Of a stretch of DNA of 64,000 nt, positions 45,089-58,238 are shown piece by piece (the first letter of the stretch is position 1; each line of letters opens with the position of its first letter). The notes under the pieces were generated by a model that worked only from the letters and a program-made list of their open reading frames with translations, did not search any database and was not told the DNA's origin. The position numbers were made by a program, and so were the translations under genes. This stretch comes from Saprolegnia diclina VS20 (Eukaryota), in the NCBI RefSeq assembly GCF_000281045.1, contig NW_008246085.1:249749-313748 (forward strand), in the 5' to 3' direction.

Positions 45089-46723
45089 ATGGCGAAGAAG
45101 AAGAAGGGCAAGAAGGGCAAGAAGGTCCATCGCATGGAAGCATCACCGAGGTAGACGTCATGCATACCGTGTAGGAAGAGGAAGCGCCGCCGGAAGAGCC
45201 GTCGGGTACGCATAGGATGGGCCGAGAGCCATGGTTCCACTCTGCTGTGTGTAGAGTATGACACGATGGACGTCGAGATGCTCAAGGAGGTCACGCAAAT
45301 GCTTCGCCAGCAGCTCGACAAGTCGCAGGTCGACCGCAACTACGTCCAGCACGAGCGGGTAAGCCATCCGCCATCTTCTGTGGGCGCATGGCTGCATGGC
45401 TGCATGCGGAATGCGGAATTAGGATACGATTCAGTCGTTCTACGACATTACGAAGCGAGAAGTCGAGACTCATGACATGGAGATCATGGCCAAGGACCGC
45501 GAGATGGAGATGATGGAGGACAACCACCGCGTCGAGGTCCGTGTGTACATCCAGAAGGTCAAGCACCTTGAGTACGAGCACAAGAACAACCTAAAGCGCG
45601 TCAAGACGGACGGCGGCTCGCATATCGACGAAGAGAAGGACATGCACGTGCACCGCGAGCACAAGCTCAAGGGCGCGAAACAAGCGCTCAAGCTCGAGCT
45701 CAAGGAGCGCGAGCTCTCGAACGAAGACGAGATCGAGCAGATGAAGCAGTCGCACGAGAAGAACATGCTCAAGCTCCGCGAGCAGTTTGAGAAGAACAAC
45801 GCGGCGCTCGAAGACCGCCTGAAAGAACGGCTTGCGCAGCTGCAGGAAGACCTCGAGCTCCGGCGCAAGGTCGACATCCACGAGATCGAAGAGCGCAAGA
45901 ACCTGCACATCAACGACCTCATGAAGAACCACGAGCGCGCGTTCACGCAGATGAAGAATTACTACAACGACATTACCAAGGACAATTTGCGCTTAATCGA
46001 GTCCCTCAAGAAAGAGATCGCTGAGATGAAGAAGAAGGCCGCGGCCAACACGAAGCTCATGCACGACATCTCGCACGAAAACAAGCGGCTGTCCGAGCCT
46101 TTGGCCGCCGCGATCCAAGAGGTCGAGCGGCTCAAGCACGAGCTCAAGGACGAGCAAAAGGACAAACTCTCGCTCCGAAACGCCAAAGCGCGGCTTGTGC
46201 TTCTTGGGAAGCAACGCGTGCAGCTGAAGAAGGAGCACCAGGAGCTCCTTCAAGCGTACAAGATGCTCGAAGCGAGCCGCAACGCCCTCTACGACAGCTT
46301 TGAGCACACAATCCACACGGTGCAGACCAAGGGCGAGTACAAGAACCTCGTCTTGGAGCAGCGCTTGAGCTCGTTCAGCGAGCAGCACAACAAGAAACAA
46401 GCACAACTGGACGAGGTGCGACGACGCATCGAGATATGTGGGACGAACACGATTGGTAGATCCTGCAAGCCGCACACCTCGAGCCAGGCGAAGTGCGTCG
46501 CGTCACCGAGAAGCTCGATACGATGCTCTCGACCAAAAACTCCAAAGTGCGCGATCTGCAGTACCAAGTCGCCAAGGCGAGCAAGGCGTACAACGACGCG
46601 CTGCGGACGTACGAAGGCAAGATGTCGGACCTCGGTATCCCTGACGAAGACATTCGTACGCTCGGGTTCAACCCGCTCTTGACGACTACGAGCGTCGGGC
46701 CTGCTGGCTTGGTGGCCAAATAA
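45089..46723 (+). CDS. GAS8: Nexin-dynein regulatory complex subunit DRC4/GAS8; five exons
   Basis: MAKKKKGKKGKK; DRNYVQHER|DTIQSFYDIT; KDREMEMMEDNHRVEVRVYIQKVKHLEYEH; EIEERKNLHINDLMKNHERAFTQMKNYYNDIT. Confidence 0.93.
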
Positions 46724-47055
46724 GCGAATTCCAAGCATTTCTCTGTACAATCGTCCTTGCAGAACCACCCATTGTTGATCACGTCAGGCATATCCTGCGT
46801 GCGCTAAGCCATGACGGCACTTGCATCGAATATGAGTCATCCGTGGCGCTCCGATGGAGATTGGTTTTCGCATCTCGTCCTAGGAAGCGAGTAGACAGCG
46901 AAAAGAAAAATGTTTTGAAGTGGTTTGGTTGAGACGCTCTCCTACACACGCAGTGTGTGTGGAAGTGTTCCGTCCCATACTGGCGTTGCAATTCGACAGA
47001 CATGGAATCTCCTCTACGGAGCGCCTCACATCGCTTCAATACCGAGTGGCCCCAC

Positions 47056-47953
47056 NNNNNNNNNNNNNNNNNNNNNNNNNNNNNNNNNNNNNNNNNNNNN
47101 NNNNNNNNNNNNNNNNNNNNNNNNNNNNNNNNNNNNNNNNNNNNNNNNNNNNNNNNNNNNNNNNNNNNNNNNNNNNNNNNNNNNNNNNNNNNNNNNNNNN
47201 NNNNNNNNNNNNNNNNNNNNNNNNNNNNNNNNNNNNNNNNNNNNNNNNNNNNNNNNNNNNNNNNNNNNNNNNNNNNNNNNNNNNNNNNNNNNNNNNNNNN
47301 NNNNNNNNNNNNNNNNNNNNNNNNNNNNNNNNNNNNNNNNNNNNNNNNNNNNNNNNNNNNNNNNNNNNNNNNNNNNNNNNNNNNNNNNNNNNNNNNNNNN
47401 NNNNNNNNNNNNNNNNNNNNNNNNNNNNNNNNNNNNNNNNNNNNNNNNNNNNNNNNNNNNNNNNNNNNNNNNNNNNNNNNNNNNNNNNNNNNNNNNNNNN
47501 NNNNNNNNNNNNNNNNNNNNNNNNNNNNNNNNNNNNNNNNNNNNNNNNNNNNNNNNNNNNNNNNNNNNNNNNNNNNNNNNNNNNNNNNNNNNNNNNNNNN
47601 NNNNNNNNNNNNNNNNNNNNNNNNNNNNNNNNNNNNNNNNNNNNNNNNNNNNNNNNNNNNNNNNNNNNNNNNNNNNNNNNNNNNNNNNNNNNNNNNNNNN
47701 NNNNNNNNNNNNNNNNNNNNNNNNNNNNNNNNNNNNNNNNNNNNNNNNNNNNNNNNNNNNNNNNNNNNNNNNNNNNNNNNNNNNNNNNNNNNNNNNNNNN
47801 NNNNNNNNNNNNNNNNNNNNNNNNNNNNNNNNNNNNNNNNNNNNNNNNNNNNNNNNNNNNNNNNNNNNNNNNNNNNNNNNNNNNNNNNNNNNNNNNNNNN
47901 NNNNNNNNNNNNNNNNNNNNNNNNNNNNNNNNNNNNNNNNNNNNNNNNNNNNN
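47056..47953. other. Assembly gap (898 N)
   Basis: Run of N. Confidence 1.
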
Positions 47954-48016
47954 TGCAAAACTCGTGTAAGAAGAATGTACATGTAGTTCGGCTAACGTAG
48001 CGCGCCGATACTTATG

Positions 48017-49300
48017 CTAGTACTTGTTTGTCTTGGACACAATGTAGACGCGCACGGTCTGGTCGAGGCACGTGAGCACACAGAGGCCTTCGCGGTCCGG
48101 ACTAGACGCCGTTGTCAGCGCAACCAACGAAGAGAGCGTACCTCCAGTCCATGCTCACGATCGGCTGTGTCGACAGCACGCGCGAATTGAGGAGCTCGAC
48201 CGTGCCGCCGACGCCCATGAGGATCCCATCCGGATCTGTTGTTGTCCGCGACGACGGGTAGTGGCTACGTCGATCAAATGAGTACCGAAAGGCGTCCACC
48301 CAGCGTACTATTTGTAAAGATTGAAGCCGCCGTTGCCGCCGCCGGTCATAAAGAGGTCTCGGTTCTGCGGCAGAAATCGACCTTGCCACACGGTCGACTT
48401 GTGCGCCTGCAATATACTGTGACGTAGGGCGCGTCAGAGCAAACGTACCTTTTCGCTCATGTAGGAAAAGCCCTTGGTCGGGTGGAAGGTGCGGAGGTCG
48501 TAGATACGGAACTTGGATTCGAGCGTCGTCACGAGAAGCTTGTTCATTTCAATGTCCTTGCGGTCAAACTGGACGCCGACGACGCCGTTCTGGACGTTGG
48601 TCTCCCACCGCATCGAATTCGTGCGCAAGTCGAACATCTTGACGTCGCCATTGTCATAGCCCGCGACGATGCACCGCTCGTCATCATTGTACGAGTTGCC
48701 TAGCCATTTGGTCTATATCTTATACATCAGAGAAAGCAGTACCAAAGGCGACCGTCCAACAGTCGCGGACCGCCTCGCCTTCGTCGGGCTCGAGCGACAC
48801 GACGGGGTTGGCGACCCGGATGTCCCAGACGCGCACGCAACCTATGCGACTCGTACATCACTAAGAATAGACATCGTCTCTGTACCATCACGACCTCCCG
48901 TGACAATCTCGGGCGCACCGTAGCCGATGTTCAAGCCGCCGCAGCCCTCGATGCAGTTGATGATCGACTTGTGCGCTTGAGCCGAGTAGACGGGCTCGCT
49001 CGGGCGCTCCAAGTCGAGGACGCTCATGACGCCGGCAAAGTCGCCGCACGCCAAGTGGCGCTCTTCCAGCGACGACGCGCCAAACGTACCGCACTTGATG
49101 CCATGCGGCTTTTCTATCTCGGCGATGGTCTTGAGCTCGCCTTGGTGGAGGCCATAGATCGTGATGGCGCCGGTCGCGCGCGGGTGGATGCCCATGCTCA
49201 CAAAGCGCGCCGAGCACGGGATCCAGCGCGCATCGTACGGCGTGTAATTGAGTCCTTTGTTGACGTGCTCGATGACCTGCGGCGCGTCAGTCGTGTCCAT
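48017..49300 (-). CDS. WDR92: WD-repeat dynein assembly factor WDR92/DNAAF10; multi-exon
   Basis: [80 protein letters not shown]. Confidence 0.93.
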
Positions 49301-49619
49301 CCTGCTTGGTGTTGGAAAATGCATCCTGAGTTTGTCGAAGATCTGGATGCCGGATACAACATCCGGAGATCCCGCGAAGCTTGAAAGGGCACAGACCTCG
49401 CAGCTACGATCTTATCGTGTCAACGAAATGCGTCTTGGATGGCGCCAGCGCTATGTCATGGTGCTTGATACTTCGAACTGGTATGTTTGGTGCGGGCGCC
49501 TCCGACGACGACATGACGTGGCAGAACCGCTGACGAGCAACGCCGATTTGCGTCGATATAAATAGGCGCCGTTTCACGACTCAACCGAAAGCACTTTCTC
49601 CTTCGAGGGTGGTAGCAGC

Positions 49620-51082
49620 ATGACGGAGAGCGCGCTGACGCAGCAGCTCGTACGACACCTCGTCTCTACCAGTACGACTCACCGCGTCTACAGGTGCTTC
49701 TGCTCCAGGACATCCATCTGCCCAACACGACCGCGTGGCAGAAGCGCACCACGGTCGTCCACGAGTGGCTGCATGAGAACGCAGCGGCGGGCAACCTCTT
49801 AGACGATGGCATGGAAGACGTACGAGGCGCTTTCTTCTATCTCGTGTCATGTGTTATTATCCTAGACGATCCTGCGGCAGCTACAGCGCGGCGATCTGTA
49901 TCCGTCGGCCCAGGCCCGCTGCTGGCGTCACATTGGTACACTACCCACGCTATTTGCATGGATGCATCGCCAAGTATTGAACTAGTCGGCGAGCTCGTCG
50001 AAGTGCCTTGTGTGCGCAACTTTGAAGCCGACGCGCCCGAGCCGAGCCCGAGCCGAGGCAAGATTCGGGCCGGCAAGGACCTCGTCGTCTTGACCGACGC
50101 CGTGCCGCCCCTCGAAATCGACGGCACGATTGCCAGTCCGCTCGCGCTCGAATCAGAGCTTCCGCTCTCGCAGCGGTCGTCGTCGCAGCCGCCGCCGTCG
50201 TCGATGCAAAAGGAAAAGACATTTTCGACCATGTCGATGATGGAACGGCAGGCCGAGTGGCTCAAGAAGAAGCAAGAAAAAGTCGAAGCCGAAGAGCGCC
50301 GGCAGCGTGAAGAGAAAGAGAAGGAGCTCACGTTCAAGCCCAACCTCATGCGGCGACAGACGTACACCGAACGTCCACCGGAAGTCACAAAACCGCCGTC
50401 CGTGACCAAACAGAGCTCGTTCAACGACAAGATCTTGCAGCGCACGGCGGCCGAGACACGACCTGGCTCCCGCAGCATCGAGAAGCCCAAGTCTTCGGCG
50501 CCGTCGATCCCAAAGGCCAAGTCTGTGCGTCGAAAGAAGTCGATTGCGAGCACGACGCGCCCGATCGACGCAAAACTTGAAGTCACGTCCGACTTGCTCA
50601 ACAACATGAAGTCGGAGCTCAAGGCCTCCAAGGCTATGAAGCTCGAGGCGGCGACGGCGCCGGCCGACGATGCCTGCGATGACAACGACGGCGACGACGA
50701 CGACGACGAGCCGGCCGAGGACCCTCGGGAAATGACGAATGCAGATGACGACGAAAATCGGCTGCCGCTCGTTCTGTCTGCGTCCAAGACGTCGCTGCTC
50801 GACTTCAAAATCGATTTTTCGGGCGGCGAAAACAAGGCGCGGCTCGTGCTCCAGGACGCGTCGCTCTTTGAGCTCAACTCGATGTACCGCAAGACGGACA
50901 AGGGCGCGCGGCGTGAGGGTATTGCGCTGCAGATGGGGCGCCGCGAGGACAACCACGAAGAGCAGGTCGTGGCCGTCATCTTTGACAAGGAAAAAATGAC
51001 CGAAGCCGAGGCACAGCTTTGGTGGACCGAGCACAAACCGCGCTTCTTGGAGCCGACCAACAACCCGAGTAGTGCTACCTAA
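49620..51082 (+). CDS. Hypothetical protein (coiled coil, ELTFKP motif, acidic tract, compact C-terminal domain); has 5' introns
   Basis: Long GC3-biased ORF. ATG 49620 splices through gtacga..tacag into the 49694 frame. Confidence 0.7.
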
Positions 51083-52079
51083 GTGTCGTCGATGCCATGA
51101 CGTCGTCGCGTCAATAGAGTAAATAATATAAGGGTGAAAAGTACTGCTGTATGGTGTTGGCCTCCGTAGCCGCAGAACGCCAACCACGTAACCTCCCACC
51201 ATCTCTACCAGGGCCAAGGTCTTGACTTTGGACGCGCTCATTCAGTTGCACCAGAACCAACTTTTGTCGTTCTTGTCCGTGCGCTGAGCCAAAGATACTC
51301 TCACTGGCATGTCTCTCCCACGCAAACCATACCACTTGGTGTCGCAAGCCGCTCATCGTCGGTCGGTCTGCCATGCGCAAGGAGTGCTGTCAGTCAAACA
51401 GTGTACGAGTGCAAGTGGGGTCGGCCAGGCGGATACACTGCGTCCAGATTGGGACGCCAGCGCCTTCTTGGCCGACCGATCTCTGCTACAAGCTCTACCT
51501 GCTCGCAGCTCCTGCTCCCGATGAATCGACCGCCATGTCGCGATGTTAGGGCGCACCGACTACGACTCGGTCTGCTGCACAACAAGCAAGGCCTCGTCGA
51601 TCCTTCACGAAGCATCCTGCGTGCATCGAGTCGACTTGAGAGATATACGTAGATCTGCGGGGTATTGAGCACATCGGCCGCACTGTGCGCTGCTCGTGAA
51701 AGGGCTGCAAAGGTTGCTTGGAAGCGGTACCAAGTGACAGGATATTAGTACCCGCAGTGTGCGTGGTGGCGGTTGGAGCGTCTATGCAGCGTATCCCACA
51801 CCGAGAGTGGCATGGGCACTGACGGCAGTCGCCAGCTCCATGCAGCTGGCGCTGCCACGACCGTTCGAGCGCAATGCGTACTTGCGGCGACGAGTAGCTC
51901 GACCACGTTGTCGCCTCGTATTGCGGTGGTGTGGCCTCGCAACTGCTGCGCGTTGTCACGACAGGCGGCGAAAGTGCAAGTTGGGTGTGACTAGCCGCAG
52001 GTGCCCAAGAGAAACGGGCCGTGAGAAGCGTACTTAAGAGGACGCGCGGCGACGGTGAAGTCACCAGTCGCGGATCATC

Positions 52080-53377
52080 ATGAGTGAGTTCGACATCTGC
52101 CTGCCGCCGAGCCCGCTTCTGAAGCTCCATCCGCCGGCGCCGCCGAGTCCGCCCAATGGCCAACCCAACGTCCTGCTCGGCGCCGCGCTGCTCCGCAAGT
52201 CCAAGCCGCTCGTGCTCTTTGAGGTACAACGACATGTGGCGATCTTCCAACAACGTGTGCGGCTAGAACGTTGGCACGGACGCGCTGGCGTTCAAGCCGC
52301 CGACGACCAAGATGCGCTTCATTGACACACTGCGGTACCACAAGCCGACGCTGGACGAGCGTACGACGTACAACCTCGCCGGGTCCACGGAGCGCCTCAA
52401 CCTGCATACGCTCAACGACGTAAGCAGCGTTCAATGATACACGCGACCGCATTGGACACACGGTCATGTAGGTGCTCGCGGTCTGTCGGGCGCGCCGGGG
52501 CATGCGCTTCAAGAGTCAGGACATTTGCCGCATCCGCGCCATCACGAGCGAGCTGCAGCTGAGCTACGATGGCCTCAACGTCCTCTTCAAAGCGTTGCCA
52601 GTGGGTGTGAATCGCGTCAAGATTCCTCTCGAGCGGCCAGCGATACGGCCGCCGCTGTCTGTAGAGAACCATGCTGACAACGACAAGGCGGTCATCGAGG
52701 CCGCCGCCGCCTTCCACGAGCGCGCCAATGCCTACGTTGCAACCTTTCTCCGGCTGCAATCACTCGTCGAGACGATCCAGGCGTCCCAGAGCACGCTGCA
52801 AGACGTAATCGACGACGCCAGCACCGAGACAGACTCAGGTATCCTCGTCGCGCCGTCGATTGACCTAGCGGTGGCATGTAGAGTTCGAGTCCAAAGCTAA
52901 GGCGCCATTCCCCATGTTCCTCTTTGTCTTGATCCAAAAGTACCGGCGCGAACGGCATGAGATGCCATCGACGCCCTCGATGGCACTGCTCGCGCCGTCG
53001 ACGCTGCCGACCCACCCGTGGTGGCCCAATGACGCGCACCCGCCGCTGGACTCGCTCGCCGCGTTCGCCATCTTCCTCGCGTCCAGCTTGATCTACGGCG
53101 TCTCGTTCCACAAGGACGAGCTTGAGGCCATCGCAGTCCTCTTGCAGATCATGTGCGACACGATTGTATATCGCTTGCACTCATTCCTGCGTTCTGTACT
53201 AGCAAGTGCGAGCACGTGGCCAGTACGGAGAGCCTGCGCGTCGAGCTCCTCGGCGACTGCACGGAGCGCACGCTGCGTCTCGCCATCTTCGACTTCCTCG
53301 CGACCGTGCGCGAACTCCGGGCCATTCCCAAGCAGGCCGAGTTGCTCCAGAAGAAGCGTAAGGTCGCGACGCAATAG
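52080..53377 (+). CDS. Hypothetical multi-exon protein
   Basis: Consecutive coding-like ORF segments separated by short GT-AG introns; no family recognised; 3' end uncertain. Confidence 0.5.
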
Positions 53378-53804
53378 ACGTAGTATCGACCGGCCTGTCC
53401 CGTAGTAGTATCCGCGCGCCCCATGCAGTGCCCCATGCAGTGCTTCATGCGGCAGGATGCAGCTGCACGTTGCATGAGCTGGCTGCATGAGGACATGAAG
53501 AGGAGGTCCTTGCCCATGTGGGCTGGTGGAAGCGGTGTGGCGAACGTCTTGTTCTTTGCCAGCGTTCTGCGGCGGCTGGACTCTCTCGTGGTCATAGTAG
53601 AACCAAGTGCAGTGTGAGTAACGTTAGGAGCATGTTCGGTGCCGAGATGGGAAAATCCGGCGGGTTGCGCCGAAAAACCGAATAAAAATACGATGCGGGA
53701 AGGCGGTTTCCGGGATATTTAAATACGCGTCGGTAATTGGCCGTGTAACAGGCCAGTGATTGAAGTCACTTTGTCGTCTAAGTGGCCGCGTCGGAGGCAG
53801 CAGC

Positions 53805-56800
53805 ATGGAACGACCGGCCGTCGACGACCTCACGGAGCTCATGGAGCTCAACGAGGACACGATCTTCGGCGCGCTCGAGGCCCGCTTCTACGCCCAGCGC
53901 ATCTACACCAACACGGGCCACATTCTCCTCGCCGTGAACCCGTTCGAACGACTGCCAGGGCTTTATGGCTCGGAGCGCATGGAGACATACGCGAGCTACT
54001 ACGCGCCCGACGACAATCGCACTGACGATGGACGAGCAGCACCAGCGCCGCACATCTACCGCGTTGCCGCTACGGCGTACCAGGCCATGATGCGCGGCAA
54101 GCTCTCGGACGCGCCGAGCGACCAGTCCATCTTGATCAGCGGTGAGAGTGGGAGCGGCAAGACCGAGTCCACGAAGCTTCTCATGGAGTACCTCGCACAC
54201 GTTGGCGATGTGCCAGCGCCCGTGCGCATGTCGATGCCCGTCAACACGTCGACGATCAGCGACAAGGTGCTGGACGCCAACATTGTGCTCGAGTCGTTTG
54301 GGAATGCTCGCACACTGCGCAACGACAACTCGAGTCGGTTCGGGAAGCTCATTCAGATGAACTTTGACCACGGCCTCTTGACAAGCGCCTCAATTCAGAC
54401 GTACCTTTTGGAGAAAGTCCGTCTCGTGACGCAGTCCAAGGGCGAGCGCAACTACCACATCTTTTACGAGATGCTCATGGGCAGCTCCGAGGTGCAGCTC
54501 GCGTCGTGGCGCCTCATTGCGTCGCCCGAGATGCGCCTCAGCGTCGACGCGCGGCGGCAGCTCATGGCCAACTTTCGATACCTCAACCAGACCGACTGCT
54601 ACGACCGGAAAGACCACGCCAACGATGCCCACAACTACAACCAGATGCTCCGTGCCCTTCAGATGATTGGCTTCTCGGCCCACGAGCAGTTGGGCATGCA
54701 GGCCCTTCTTGCCGCGGTTTTGCATCTCGGCAACCTCACATTTCAAGTCGCGCCCAAGGACCACTGCCACGTCGCCCCCTCGAGCCAGGCCGCGCTCGCG
54801 GCCGCAGCGACCTTGCTCTCGCTGCGCGACGCTGGCGCGCTCGAGAAGGCACTGGTGACGCGAACGTTCCGCGTCGCGGCCGAGACCAAAGTGCTTCGGC
54901 TCAGCGTCGACGAGGCCAAGAACACCCGCGACGGGCTCACGAAAGCGCTGTACGGGCGGCTCTTTGAGTGGCTCGTCGGGCGCATGAACGCCTTTCTGCG
55001 GCACGACGACCGGGCGTCCGGTACGACCTCTTGCCTCTCGCTCAGATCTGATGTCTGACTTCTGATCTAGACAATGCGTCGTCGTTTGGGACGAGTACGA
55101 GCCACGCGGCGTCGAGCTGGATCGGCATCCTCGATATCTTTGGCTTTGAGGTGTTCCCGCTCAACTCGTTTGAGCAGCTCTGCATCAACTTTGCCAACGA
55201 AACGCTGCAGCAGCAGTTCAACTTGCACAACTTCGCCAACGAGCAAGTCGAGTACAAGAAGGAGGGGCTCGCGTGGGACTATGTCGCGTTCACCGACAAC
55301 AAGGAGTGCGTCGACCTCTTCTCTGCCAAGCCCTTTGGCCTCTTCTCGCTCATGGACGAAGAGAGCATGCTGGCCAAAGGCACGGACGCGTCGCTCGCGT
55401 CCAAGCTCTACGCCCGCTGCGGCAGCCACGTTCGATTCAGCGCCTCCCGCGTGCAGCAAGGCCGCGGGCTCTTCTCGATCGACCACTACGCCGGCCTCGT
55501 CGAGTACACGACCGTTGGCATCCGCGAGAAGAACAAGGACGAGCTGCGCCAGGACATCGTCGACCTCTTCCAGACTGCGACGGCCGAGTCGTCGTTTGCG
55601 CGCCTCTTGTGCGAAGCCGGGCTCACGCACCGCCGCAGCAGCCACGCCACATTGCGCCGGCAAGAGTCCAAGCGACTCAACACGGCGAGCGTCGGCGGGC
55701 AATTCAAGACGCAGCTGCTGCATTTGATGGAGATGCTCAAGCTCACGGCGCCCCACTACGTGCGGTGCATCAAGCCCAACGACGAGGCGGCGGCCCATGT
55801 CATGACCAAGGACCGTGTCGCTGAACAGCTGCGCTGCAATGGTGTCCTCCAAGCCGTTCAAGTCGCGCGCGCCGGCTTTCCCATCCGCATGCTCCACGCC
55901 GAGTTCATCGGGCGGTACACGGTTGTCGCCCGCGCCAGCGCCCGCCACGCCAACCTCTCGTCGCTCTACGCGGTGATCGACCACTGCCTCCCGCACCTCC
56001 CGCTGGCATCGCCGCCGGCGGGGCTCGACTTGACGGCGCTCTCCTACGCACGTGGTCTCCAAATCGGCGTCACCAAAGTGTTTTTGCGCGCTGCTAGTTT
56101 TGAGCGGCTCGAGCGCCTCCGCGTCAAATACGTCGCCGCGCACCACCTGTACATTGCGCAGCGCCTACTCGGGTACCTCCACCGACGACGGTACCTTCGG
56201 TTTCGCCACGCCGTCCTCGTGCTCCAGAATCGATTTCGACGTCGCCGCGCGCGCCACCGCGCTGCCACGATCCTCCAAGCGTTGGGACGCAAGGTCCTCG
56301 CCAAGACGCACTTTGACCGTCTCAAGCGGTCCGTTATTTATCTCCAGCGCCGCGTCCGCGCCAAGCAGCTGCAGCAACAACAGCAGCACCGACGCACGCC
56401 TCTGCGACTTGAACTCGAAGGCAGCGACGACGACGACGACGATGACGAAGACGCGTGGCTGGCCAACGTGCCACGCGAGTCGTACAGTGCGCTCTCGCCC
56501 ATCTCCTCGTCCGATGACGACGAAGACGTTGTGCGCATGACGTATGTGGCCGCGCCGCTGCACCAGACAGCCCGGTCCTCGGGCATCTACCGGTCGACGG
56601 TCAAGCAGCTGCAGCCGATTCGAAAAGGCCCGGCACCGATCGCCGAGCTCTCGCCGCGTGTGCACCCGCCGCCGCACCCAGTGTCGCCGCCCGACGGTCG
56701 CCACACCACGTCGTCGTCGGGCAGTCGTCGCACGACGATGCGGCGCACGACGTTTGCGCTCCGGAAGCTCTCGGTCCTCGAGACGGCCAAGTGGAAGCAG

Positions 56801-57544
56801 GACCAAGACAGCTTTGCGTGCTACCAGTGCAACAAGCGCTTCACGCTCTTTCGCCGGCGGCACCACTGCCGTGTGTGCGGCGAAGTGATTTGCGACAGCT
56901 GCTCGACGTTTGTGGGGCTCGAGAAGCAGCAGAACGTCCGCGTCTGCGTCTTGTGCAGCACGCTCAACGTCGAAGAACGCGCGCCGACCAACATCACGGT
57001 CATGAGCGACGACGTCTGGCCGCATGCGTGGCCCGAGCCGCCGTACCCGCATGACGAAGACGCGCGGCTGCTCATCGTGCGGCAGCTCCCGCTGCAGACG
57101 ATGATGGAGGCGCGCGAGTGGCTCGGGCTGTGCAACGCCGTCCAAGCGCACTTTCGCGCGTCGGTCGCGTACATCTCGATCATTTGCGAAGAAGACCAGT
57201 GGGTCATCTCGCGCGTCGGGTCGTTCCACACCAAGCTGCCGCGCGAAATGTCGTTTTGCTCGTACACGATCTGCGGCGGGAGCCCGCTGGTCGTCAAGGA
57301 CGCGACGCTCGATGCGCGCTTCAAGGAGAGTCCGCTCGTGCAAGGCGGGAAGGGCAAGTTCCGCTTCTACGCCGGCGCGCCGATCGTGTGGACTGTCGAG
57401 ACGCACATTGTGTTTGGCACGATCGCAGTCTTGGACACCAAGCCGCGCAAGGTCGTGACGCCCGAAGACGTGGATTTTATGGCCACCTTGTCGGCGGCCG
57501 TGAGCGCGCGCATGTCCGAGTACCTCCCGCACAGTGTAAAGTAG
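53805..57544 (+). CDS. Myosin motor + IQ motifs + FYVE finger + GAF domain; intron 55021-55070
   Basis: GESGSGKTE, NDNSSRFGK, LDIFGFE, HYVRCIKPN; WKQD..C..C..RRRHHCRVCG..C..C (FYVE); SFCSYTI...DATLDARF..PLV..RFYAGAPI (GAF). Confidence 0.95.
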
Positions 57545-58238
57545 TAAGAGAGGCGCGCTCTTAGTCTGTAGTAGCTCCTTGGCGTAGTAATACTGCACCC
57601 AACACAACCAAGTCCTTGCCGATCCCGAGCTTCGTCGCTCCATGCAGCCGCGCAGCTTGGCCGTGCACGTTCATGCAGACGAGCACCCATGCACGATCCT
57701 TGTACGGTATGCAGCGTGCACGAGAGCGCGGTGGCTGCCTGCCTCTGCCTGCCTAGACAAGGCGGTGTTGCATGGGCGCGGTCGAGTGGGCCTCGCACCC
57801 ACTTGGTCCGAGGCTGTCGCTGCAACTACCTTCAGCCCAGCAACGACGCTGACGCCTGCGATGGCGTGGCCGTCCGTCGGCGTTCTTCAACTTCTGCTTG
57901 TATAAACATGGTGCACACGCAGCTGGCGGTCCCACGGCCGCGTCCCACTCCGCCGCCACATAGCGCCTCCAGTGACGTGGAGCTATGGCGCTCCTGGACC
58001 CATGTGATTCTTGGGGGTCGGTGATGCGAGTCGCCAGGTCGAGTCGCCAGGTCGCCAGCAGCGAGCGACTGGTGCTCACGACGTCGACACCGTCCCATCC
58101 TCGTCAAGGCCCATCGTCGCGCGGCCTGTGAATCTGATCCGGATACCACTGGGACCAGTTTATCCGGCGCTATTTTCTCGCCGTTAATGTCTCAGAACTC
58201 GAATTGTCCGCGGTCCGCGGCCAGACTTGCGCATTGGC

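Noticed and set aside
46920..48000. ORFs spanning N runs (also 2830-3674)
   Set aside because: Artefacts of translating assembly gaps.
51100..52050. Possible additional multi-exon gene
   Set aside because: Splice-like signals occur on both strands, but no convincing continuous reading frame was found.
58027..58058. 13-bp tandem duplication (cgagtcgccaggt x2.5) upstream of the cNMP-kinase-PP2C gene
   Set aside because: Too short to distinguish from simple slippage; no supporting evidence.
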